A DNA stretch of 64,000 bases, from assembly GCA_035400585.1 (NCBI GenBank), contig DAOMZR010000001.1, positions 370,643-434,642 on the forward strand, in the 5' to 3' direction. Below the pieces are notes generated by a model. The model saw only the letters and a program-made list of their open reading frames with translations. It was not told the origin of the DNA and searched no databases. Source of the DNA: a bacterium. GTDB taxonomy: Bacteria > Patescibacteriota > Patescibacteriia > Patescibacteriales > UBA12465. Positions 24,041-31,131 of this stretch are shown piece after piece. Each line of letters begins with the position of its first letter. Positions within the stretch are counted from its first letter, which is position 1. Both the position numbers and the translations under genes were made by a program.

Positions 24041-25706
24041 ATTTTTTATAATAACTTAAAATTTGATTATCGTTTTTAGAAAAAACAATTATGCTTGTTT
24101 TATTTAATTCATCGCTGATTAAGCGCAACATTTTATTAATGGGTTCATAGTTTAGATCCAGCCATAAATTATCAATAACTATAACATCCGGCTTAACAAT
24201 TAAACAATGAGCACAATGAGCCGCAAAAGATTTTACAAAATTATTAAAAACAAATTCTAATTTTATATTATAGTTAGCATCCTGGCTTAAATTTTGAGCT
24301 ATCAGATCAAATTTTTGAATCTTTTTTATATTTTTTTCAACTTCCTCCATCGAAATCATCTCCTTGTCTTTTCCCGAAACAAATTCCAATAAAGTTCGCA
24401 CAGATTTAAATAGTGGATCAAAATAATAGGGACGAGGCCGACAACCAGACCAAAAAGAATAATTGAATTTCTGACCATCAATTTTTACTTTCCAGCTCAG
24501 AGGATTGCAAACCTTTAAACCAGAAAAAGCTAAGGCTAAAGATGTTTTTCCGGATAAATTTTCACCTGTAAATAAATATCTATTTCCGCTTTTAAAAACA
24601 AAAGACAAGCGACGATAGTACGCACCTTCTAAAAACAATTTCGTCTTTCTATTGTGAAAGCTTATTTCGTTTCTAACTATTGGCGCCATTTTTGTTAACG
24701 AAATTCTTTTTGGCAAAACTGATAGCACTATTCCTAGTTTAGCTGGGTAAGTATAAAGACCAATAGTTGAAGCCTCATAAAGAGCTCGGGAAATATAGAT
24801 AATAAAAAATATAAGAAATAGATAGTTGAAATTATGTTTAGCAAAATAAGAATTCAAAAATCCTTCATTAAAATTTACAAAAAAATAAATAATTATTACT
24901 AATAAAAAAATAAACTTTCCAGCCAAACGAAACCACAAATCGCGACGAATTCTGAAATAAGAATCAAAATCTACCAAGCGATCAAATTTTTTAATAAAAT
25001 AACCCTCTTGAAAAAATCTTTTTAAAAAAGATTTATCAGAAAAATTGAAACTGATATGTTTTAATATTTGAGAATAAAAAGTAACCTCTCTGGATATATA
25101 ATATCTGGAAATAAAATAAGAAAACAAAATTATAATCAAAGAAAGTACCACAAAAAATAAAGAAGACCACAATAAACTTAAATCAATCAAATGGGCAATA
25201 AAAACAAAACAGGCAAAATAAAAAAACCAACGGATAACTGCAAAAAAAACTTTAGTAACAAAAGAGGAAAGCAGGGGCAAATGATAAGATATTTTGGCTA
25301 TTAAATTAGATTGAGACTCTCCGTTTATAGAAGCCTCCCCTCTGTTTAAATAAAAAGAAACTATTCTTTTTCTAACCTCGTTGCTAAGATAAACTGATAA
25401 AGTTTTTTCCTTTTTTATTGAAAAATATGAAAACAATAGAAAAAGAACGGAAAAAACAATAAACAACAACAAGAGGCTATTATTCGTTGTTTCAAAATTT
25501 AATTTATTGCGACTAATTAATAGCAACAACAACTCTACAATTGTCTGACAAACAATTAGGGTTAAAGCCAAAAAAAATAAAACCCTATTTTTTTTATAAA
25601 ATTTTTTAAAAAAAGAAATGTAAAAACCCAAACCTCTTTCTTGATCAATCGGCAAGGCATTGTTTCTTATTTTTTTTAATTCTGAAATATTTTTATTTTC
25701 GATCAT
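24003..25706 (-). CDS. ABC half-transporter-like protein (multi-TM N-domain plus degenerate nucleotide-binding domain), second gene of the RT cassette
   Basis: In this 567-aa product, roughly the first 330 aa hold about 6 hydrophobic helices. The C-terminal domain has Walker A GENLSGKT (24543-24566). The signature position reads LSQDA instead of LSGGQ. The Walker B position reads VIVIDN (24168-24185), with Asn where the catalytic Glu normally sits. The gene overlaps the RT stop by 14 nt. Confidence 0.75.
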   Translation of the reverse strand: MIENKNISELKKIRNNALPIDQERGLGFYISFFKKFYKKNRVLFFLALTLIVCQTIVELLLLLISRNKLNFETTNNSLLLLFIVFSVLFLLFSYFSIKKEKTLSVYLSNEVRKRIVSFYLNRGEASINGESQSNLIAKISYHLPLLSSFVTKVFFAVIRWFFYFACFVFIAHLIDLSLLWSSLFFVVLSLIIILFSYFISRYYISREVTFYSQILKHISFNFSDKSFLKRFFQEGYFIKKFDRLVDFDSYFRIRRDLWFRLAGKFIFLLVIIIYFFVNFNEGFLNSYFAKHNFNYLFLIFFIIYISRALYEASTIGLYTYPAKLGIVLSVLPKRISLTKMAPIVRNEISFHNRKTKLFLEGAYYRRLSFVFKSGNRYLFTGENLSGKTSLALAFSGLKVCNPLSWKVKIDGQKFNYSFWSGCRPRPYYFDPLFKSVRTLLEFVSGKDKEMISMEEVEKNIKKIQKFDLIAQNLSQDANYNIKLEFVFNNFVKSFAAHCAHCLIVKPDVIVIDNLWLDLNYEPINKMLRLISDELNKTSIIVFSKNDNQILSYYKKYEIQSKEIREKK

Positions 25707-26904
25707 AATGAAATTTTAAGTAAAATTTATACAAGGAAATTATTTTGATCTGGCTTTCGGATAATTTATCAACAAGCAATCTTCTATTTCTGGAATTATA
25801 TTTGCCAAACAAAAATTCAGTTAGAACTTTAAAAAACGATTCGGACAAAAGTTTTATTTGATCAGAGTCATTTATTTGTGGTTTGCTTTTTATAATACCT
25901 TTAAAAACATTATTAAAATTTTTTTGAGGATTCTTCATTATTTTTCTCAAAATAGTCATCTTATAATTTTGACTATAATTTTTGTAAATCAAAATCGATT
26001 GCCAACTTTTTATTATTTTTTTGACAAAATTATCTGGCAAGGATATTTTACCCGCCAAAAAATTATAACCTAAATAAGAAAATTTTTCTTTAGCTTGACC
26101 GAAAAATATTTTATCTAAATTTATTTTGAGTTTCAAATTCGAAACATCATTTAAAAATTCTTCTTTATTTTTTTCTAATTTTTCCTTGTCTGGATCAAGC
26201 ATTATCAAATCATCACCTACTCGTAAATAAAATTGGGCACGAGAAGAAAATTTCTTATCGATATCGTTTAAATAAAAATTGGTTAAAAGACCAAAAATCG
26301 GACAACCAATGACTAGCCCCCTATTTGGTTTTAAAAATTCACCTTGATAGTAAAAACTATTATTAACAAAAACAGATAATAATTTTAAAACGGAATCATC
26401 TTTAATAAATTCTGACAACTTCTCCATCATTAATGTCCGATCGATTTCACCAGAAAAATTACTTAAATCAGCCGTAAAGACATAATCGGTATTGAAAAAT
26501 TTACGATATCTTTTGGCCATTAAATAAGCTGCGTTATAAGGTGATTTTCCTGGACGATAAGAAAAAAGGCGAGACGAAAACTCTTTTTCAAATTCGCCCA
26601 AAAGAACTCGATAAATTGCCTGGGATTTAACTCTCTCCTTAATATTGTAAATAAATATCTCTCTATTTTTTTCTGGATTATGTTTTTTAGGAATATAAAT
26701 ATTAAGGGCCGGATCAATTTCTTTAAATTCTCTCATTTCTTTTTTAATTTGCCTAATTAAATTAAAAACAAACAAATTAAAAAAATTTAAATTTAAACCG
26801 TCCAAGCCCCTGTACCTATTTTCTTTGTTTTCCAAATGAAAATAATCAAAAACCTCTTGATAGGCTTCCCTAATATTCTTAGAAGATGTTATTTTTTTAA
26901 ACAT
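25693..26904 (-). CDS. reverse transcriptase (unclassified; not obviously retron, DGR or group II)
   Basis: RT motifs occur in the expected order: IYIPKKHNPEKNREIFIYNIKERVKSQAIYRVL (motif 1), SYRPGKSPYNAA (2), YVFTADLSNFSGEID (3/A), GLVIGCPIFGLLTNFYLNDID (4/B), YLRVGDDLIML (5/C; VGDD is encoded at 26220-26209), LKLKINLDK (6) and FSYLGYNF (7). A C-terminal region of about 110 aa follows. The track start at 26913 is a TTG codon, so I use the ATG at 26904. Confidence 0.85.
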   Translation of the reverse strand: MFKKITSSKNIREAYQEVFDYFHLENKENRYRGLDGLNLNFFNLFVFNLIRQIKKEMREFKEIDPALNIYIPKKHNPEKNREIFIYNIKERVKSQAIYRVLLGEFEKEFSSRLFSYRPGKSPYNAAYLMAKRYRKFFNTDYVFTADLSNFSGEIDRTLMMEKLSEFIKDDSVLKLLSVFVNNSFYYQGEFLKPNRGLVIGCPIFGLLTNFYLNDIDKKFSSRAQFYLRVGDDLIMLDPDKEKLEKNKEEFLNDVSNLKLKINLDKIFFGQAKEKFSYLGYNFLAGKISLPDNFVKKIIKSWQSILIYKNYSQNYKMTILRKIMKNPQKNFNNVFKGIIKSKPQINDSDQIKLLSESFFKVLTEFLFGKYNSRNRRLLVDKLSESQIKIISLYKFYLKFHYDRK

Positions 26905-26916
26905 TTTAAACAAAAA

Positions 26917-27306
26917 ACTGCTCTTAAGATTTTTAACAGTTATATCTGTTAAAAATTAATAATATAATATTCATTGAGAAGTGGCGGATGAGACCCAGTG
27001 ATGGCAGGGTAGCGGTAAAAACCAGCTCTAAATTATCTTGGCATTATCAAGAATGGAAAAAAACAGGCTGATTTTAATGCCCTTTTTAAAAAAGGTTTTA
27101 AGAGCAGTCAACAAATGTAAAGGTAGCAGAAAAAATCGTTTCAGGATCTTCGACGGATTACCATCAAAGATTATTTAAGTATTTCATTGAGAAGTAGTGT
27201 AAAAGCGAAATTTAAGGAGTGATCCTTAATTACCGATAAAATTTTTGTATCTCTTATCGATTTTGATACCCATAACAATGGTTTTGAAACGATTTTAAAC
27301 TGCTAC
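26917..27306 (-). ncRNA. candidate RT-associated structured noncoding RNA / long structured leader
   Basis: No ORF of 60 aa or more lies in 26905-27391. G+C is locally elevated (28/50 in 26981-27030 by my count). Two long-range helices and several local hairpins are present. A minus-strand promoter sits immediately upstream of the outer helix. See the findings for coordinates. Confidence 0.55.
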
Positions 27307-27310
27307 TTAA

Positions 27311-27338
27311 ATTATATACCAAATGAACAAAAAGTCAA
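27311..27338 (-). promoter_or_regulatory. promoter TTGACT-16-TATAAT for the ncRNA/RT cassette
   Basis: On the minus strand, TTGACT lies at 27338-27333, the spacer is 16 nt, and TATAAT lies at 27316-27311. The predicted TSS is about 27304-27306. Confidence 0.6.
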
Positions 27339-27391
27339 AAAAATAATAATTATTTTAACTAAATTTTATAACACAAAATTATAATGGATAT

Positions 27392-28258
27392 ATGAAAAAA
27401 AATAAAAAAATAATTTTCTGGCTATTTTTTTTGTTAATAATTTTTATTGTTTTTTTGAATTATTATTTAAAAATTAGAAATAATAAAAATTTAAATATTT
27501 TCTTTCTGGATTCAGGCCAGGCTGATACAATATTAATAAAAACACCAGAAGAACAAAATATTATTATTGATTTAGGCAGTAAAGATGGACTTAAAGGTGT
27601 TGGTCAGCAAATTTTTTGGTGGGACAGAAAAATAGACATATTAATAATAACCCATCCTCACGATGATCATATCTTGGCCATTCCTCAATTAATAGATAAA
27701 TATAAAATAAATAAAATAATATTTACTGGGATAATATACGATTCACCAATCTATGAAGAAATAATTAAAAAAGCGCAAGATAAAAAAATAAAATTATTAA
27801 TTCCGCAAATCAATCAAAAAATATTATTGGGAAAGAGTTGCGAGTTGGATTTTTTATATCCATTAGAAAGTTTAAAAGATAAAAAAATAGAAAATATTAA
27901 CAATTCTTCCATTGTTAATAGATTGAAATATAAAAACAATTATTTTTTATTCATGGGTGATTCTGAAATTGACATTGAAGAAAAATTATTAGAAAAAAAT
28001 TATGAATTAAAAAGTGATGTTTTAAAAGTTAGCCACCATGGCTCCATTAGTTCTAGTCATCAAGAATTTATAAAAAAAATAAACCCGAAAATTTCAATCA
28101 TCATGGTTGGTCAAAATAATAAATTCAACCATCCAAGTTTAAGAACATTAAATAAATTACAAAAAATCGGCTCTTTGATTTTTAGAACCGATTTAAACGG
28201 AGATATAAATATAACAAGTGATGGTCAATTGATAAAATATAAACTATCCAGCGAATAA
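27392..28258 (+). CDS. ComEC/Rec2-type MBL-fold domain protein with N-terminal TM anchor
   Basis: This is a 288-aa product. The motifs FLDSGQADTILI, ITHPHDDH, LKVSHHGS and FNHPS...RTDLNGDI match the C-terminal metallo-beta-lactamase domain of ComEC. Confidence 0.8.
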   Translation: MKKNKKIIFWLFFLLIIFIVFLNYYLKIRNNKNLNIFFLDSGQADTILIKTPEEQNIIIDLGSKDGLKGVGQQIFWWDRKIDILIITHPHDDHILAIPQLIDKYKINKIIFTGIIYDSPIYEEIIKKAQDKKIKLLIPQINQKILLGKSCELDFLYPLESLKDKKIENINNSSIVNRLKYKNNYFLFMGDSEIDIEEKLLEKNYELKSDVLKVSHHGSISSSHQEFIKKINPKISIIMVGQNNKFNHPSLRTLNKLQKIGSLIFRTDLNGDINITSDGQLIKYKLSSE

Positions 28259-29512
28259 TTTATTGGCTAATAAATTTTTAGCTGTTTCCATACTAATCAT
28301 TCCTCTGTTAGTAAGATCTTTAATGCTTCTTTCAAAGCTAATCATACCTTCGCTAGAATGAGTTTCAATAACACTTCTTATTTGGGCTATTTTTTGTTCC
28401 CTAATAAGATTGGAAACAGCTGAATTATTCAACAAGACTTCTCTCACCGCTACTCGACCGCCATTAACACCAGGAACGAGTATTTGAGAGATTACTGCTG
28501 ATAAAATCAAGGATAACTGTGATTTTATTTGATTTTGCTGATGAGGTGGAAAAATATCAATAATACGATCAATAGTTTGAGAAGCATTGCAAGTATGCAA
28601 AGTAGCTAAAACTAAATGTCCAGTTTCAGCCAAGGTTATAGCCGTAGAAATAGTTTCTAAATCGCGCATTTCCCCAACCATAATAACATTAGGATCTTGT
28701 CTTAAAACATGTCTTAGGCCACTAGCAAAATCGGGCATATCGGTTCCTAATTGTCTTTGGCTAATTATGCTTTTTTTAGGTTTAAATATAAATTCGATTG
28801 GATCTTCAAAGGTGACAATATTACAACTACGAAAATTATTTATATGATCGATCATGGCCGCCAAAGAAGTTGATTTTCCAGAACCAGTTGGACCAGTTAT
28901 CAAAATTAATCCCTGAGTTAATCCTAGGAGACCATAAACTTGTTTGGGCATATCCAACATTTCCATCGATGGCATAACCTCATCAATAATTCTAGCTGTC
29001 ATTTTGATATTGCCCTTCTCAAAAGATAAGTTAGATCTAAATCTATAATTTTCAAATTGATAAGAAAAATCTAAATCCTTTTTTCTATTTAAGCGATCAA
29101 TTTGTTTTTTACTTAAAATATGTTTAATCGCCTTAATCATTTCTTTGTTAGTAACCAAGCTTAAGTCATAAGGCTCTAGAGACGGAGTAAAAGATGAAAT
29201 ATTTTTGGAAATTTCGCTACTAATTAATTCATCATCTTCTGACAAAACAAACCTCTCAACCGAATTTCCCGTATCTTCATAAGACCCTAAAATATTTTTT
29301 TGGTTAGAATTGTTTTCTGAGAGTAAATCTTGTTCTTTGCCAATGTTATTATCAAAAGAATTATCAATCATGTCCAAGTCTGGCATTGATTGAAATTTGT
29401 CGATTGAAATTAAATTACCATCTATTCTTAGTATTGGCCTTAAACCAGAAACTAAGTGAATATCAGAGGCTTTTTGTTCGACGGCAATCTTAAAAATTTG
29501 ATTAATATCCAT
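28244..29512 (-). CDS. pilT: type IV pilus retraction ATPase PilT with N-domain insertion
   Basis: The motifs ASDIHL, GPTGSGKSTSLAAMI, FEDPIEF, VIMVGEMRD and TGHLVLATLHT are present. The track start is a TTG codon, so I use the ATG at 29512 (MDINQIF). A low-complexity insertion of about 70 aa follows IDGNLISID. Confidence 0.88.
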   Translation of the reverse strand: MDINQIFKIAVEQKASDIHLVSGLRPILRIDGNLISIDKFQSMPDLDMIDNSFDNNIGKEQDLLSENNSNQKNILGSYEDTGNSVERFVLSEDDELISSEISKNISSFTPSLEPYDLSLVTNKEMIKAIKHILSKKQIDRLNRKKDLDFSYQFENYRFRSNLSFEKGNIKMTARIIDEVMPSMEMLDMPKQVYGLLGLTQGLILITGPTGSGKSTSLAAMIDHINNFRSCNIVTFEDPIEFIFKPKKSIISQRQLGTDMPDFASGLRHVLRQDPNVIMVGEMRDLETISTAITLAETGHLVLATLHTCNASQTIDRIIDIFPPHQQNQIKSQLSLILSAVISQILVPGVNGGRVAVREVLLNNSAVSNLIREQKIAQIRSVIETHSSEGMISFERSIKDLTNRGMISMETAKNLLANKLFAG

Positions 29513-29520
29513 ATAATTTA

Positions 29521-30213
29521 TTACCAATTTTTTAACTTTAAACCTTTAATAGCTGCATCAACTTGAGCTTCCTGTTTGGAGCCACCAATTCCAACTGAAA
29601 CTAGCTCATCGTCTAAAAACAAACCGACTGTAAATTTTTTGTCATGATCCGGACCTTCTTCTTTTAAAACTTTATAAACTGGTGTTATGCCGGTTTTTTC
29701 TTGAGATGATTCTTGAAATTTCGACTTAGGATCTAAATAAGATTTATTTTCTATAATATCATTTAAGTTAACAATTATTTTTTCAAGAATAAATTTTTTA
29801 GCTGGTTCTATTCCCTGATCAAGATAAATGGCACCGATCAAAGCTTCAATAGCATTGGCCAATATATATTGACGAGCCTTAGAATTTTTATCTTTAGCCT
29901 CACCTCTGGAAAGTAAAATATGTCCTTCAATATCCAAACCATCAGCCACTTGATAAAGCATTTTAGAATTAACTAAACTAGCTCGCCAATTAGTTAGATC
30001 TCCTTCTGGGTTGTTAGGAAAATTAACAAACAAATACTCAGTAATAACAATTTCCAAAACAGCATCTCCCAAAAATTCCAAACGCTCATTATGACCAAAC
30101 GGAAAATTATGATTTTCGTTTAAATAAGATCTGTGGGTTAAAGCTTGTTGTAAAAGATCTTGATTTTTAAAATAAAAACCAATCTTTTTTTCTAAATTCT
30201 TAAAACTAGACAT
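29521..30213 (-). CDS. rnc: ribonuclease III
   Basis: The ERLEFLGDAVL signature and a C-terminal dsRBD are present. I use the ATG at 30213. Confidence 0.9.
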   Translation of the reverse strand: MSSFKNLEKKIGFYFKNQDLLQQALTHRSYLNENHNFPFGHNERLEFLGDAVLEIVITEYLFVNFPNNPEGDLTNWRASLVNSKMLYQVADGLDIEGHILLSRGEAKDKNSKARQYILANAIEALIGAIYLDQGIEPAKKFILEKIIVNLNDIIENKSYLDPKSKFQESSQEKTGITPVYKVLKEEGPDHDKKFTVGLFLDDELVSVGIGGSKQEAQVDAAIKGLKLKNW

Positions 30214-30310
30214 AAACAAATAAAATAGACTTGTTGCTTAATAATTTTTCTAAATTTAAAAAATTATCAAGTAAAAGGTCTAATTAAATTATTTTTTATT
30301 ACTTTATTTT

Positions 30311-30826
30311 TTATTCTTTTTCTTCAACTATTTCTTCTTTTTCTTTGTCCTTTTTTTCCTGATCTTTTGTTTTCTTTCTGTCCTCTGATATTTTTTCTCT
30401 TTTATTTTTTTCATCCTCGGGCATATCGGCATAAACTGAGCCTAGCACTCCATTAATAAATTTTCCAGAAGCTTCTCCGCCGAAATTTTTGGCTACCTCG
30501 ATTGCTTCATTTATGGCCACTTTTGGTGGAACCTCAGTAGCAACAGCTAATTCATAAATTCCTAAACGCAAAACATTGCGATCAACTGCATTTATTTGAT
30601 CAATCGGCCATTCAGTTGCGTATTTTTTTATATATCCATCTATAAGTTCAATGTTTTTAATAACCCCCTGAGCCAAACTAATAGAAAATCCCTGATCGTC
30701 AAAATCAGGAGCAAAATCAGAAAAATCTCGATTAATTATTTCTGCAATATCAAAAGTTTTACCATTAAAATCCCATTCAAATAAAGCTTGCATAGCTATT
30801 GTTCGCGATAAATGTCTATTAGCCAT
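30311..30826 (-). CDS. nusB: transcription antitermination factor NusB with K/E-rich C-terminal tail
   Basis: The sequence [18 protein letters not shown]...[26 protein letters not shown] is typical of NusB. A charged tail of about 35 aa follows. Confidence 0.88.
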   Translation of the reverse strand: MANRHLSRTIAMQALFEWDFNGKTFDIAEIINRDFSDFAPDFDDQGFSISLAQGVIKNIELIDGYIKKYATEWPIDQINAVDRNVLRLGIYELAVATEVPPKVAINEAIEVAKNFGGEASGKFINGVLGSVYADMPEDEKNKREKISEDRKKTKDQEKKDKEKEEIVEEKE

Positions 30827-30864
30827 AAAAAATTAATATAAATAAAAATAAAGCATAAGATGCT

Positions 30865-31056
30865 TTATTTCTTGGTTTTATTTTTAATCTTTAAAACAGT
30901 TTTGCCGTTGTAATTTCCACAAAAAGAACAGGCTGTATGTGGTTTAATAGCTTGTCCACATTTTGAACAAGTTGCCAAAGTTTGCTTTTTCAAAGAATGA
31001 TGAGATCTTTGTTGCCTGGTTGCAGAACTTGTTTTTCTCTTCTTTGGTACTGACAT
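30865..31056 (-). CDS. rpmF: 50S ribosomal protein L32
   Basis: The product begins MSVPKKRKTSSATRQQRSHHSLK and has a CxxC...CxxC zinc ribbon. Confidence 0.9.
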   Translation of the reverse strand: MSVPKKRKTSSATRQQRSHHSLKKQTLATCSKCGQAIKPHTACSFCGNYNGKTVLKIKNKTKK

Positions 31057-31094
31057 AATATTATTTGATAAATTTTTAAATTAAATCTGGATTC

Positions 31095-31123
31095 ATATTA
31101 TATTTTATAATATATTTTGTCAA
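31095..31123 (-). promoter_or_regulatory. promoter TTGACA-17-TAATAT upstream of rpmF
   Basis: On the minus strand, TTGACA lies at 31123-31118 and TAATAT at 31100-31095. Confidence 0.6.
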
Positions 31124-31131
31124 ATTTAAAA

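Noticed and set aside
26976-27160. Resemblance to housekeeping RNAs on the plus strand. GGCAGGGTAGCGGTAAAAACCAGC recalls the RNase P GGGCAGGGUGCCAGGUAACGCCUGG region. GGATCTTCGACGGATTA recalls the tmRNA 5' GGAUUCGACGGG.
   Set aside because: For RNase P there is no GAGGAAAGUCC box (only GAGAAGTGGCGG). No complementary strand exists to form P4 (no CCGCC on that strand). The enclosed size is too small. For tmRNA there is no GGGG acceptor start, no T-arm between the 3' helix strands, no tag ORF and no CCA end. I treat both as coincidental short matches, though an Rfam scan would settle it.
26970-27182. DRT2-like rolling-circle template. The 13-nt repeats define a 213-nt unit (71 x 3), which could in principle encode an endless ORF after concatenation.
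   Set aside because: I checked all six circular frames by hand. Plus-strand stops lie at 26975 (TGA), 26989 (TGA) and 27075 (TAA), covering all three phases. Minus-strand stops (plus TCA 26971, TTA 27033, TTA 27044) cover all three phases as well. No stop-free frame exists for this unit.
25693-27306. Group II intron carrying the RT as its intron-encoded protein.
   Set aside because: There is no GUGYG-like 5' end and no recognisable domain V/VI downstream. The RT stop overlaps the next protein-coding gene instead of structured RNA. The RT has no obvious maturase or endonuclease tail.
26914-27391. Diversity-generating retroelement (TR/VR pair) explanation for the RT and its upstream repeat.
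   Set aside because: The two copies share only 13 nt. The downstream differences (G/A, C/T, G/T) do not fit adenine-specific mutagenesis. No target ORF lies with a 3' variable repeat on this strand. The region is not AAC/asparagine-codon rich. RT motif 4 lacks the DGR-type signature as I remember it.
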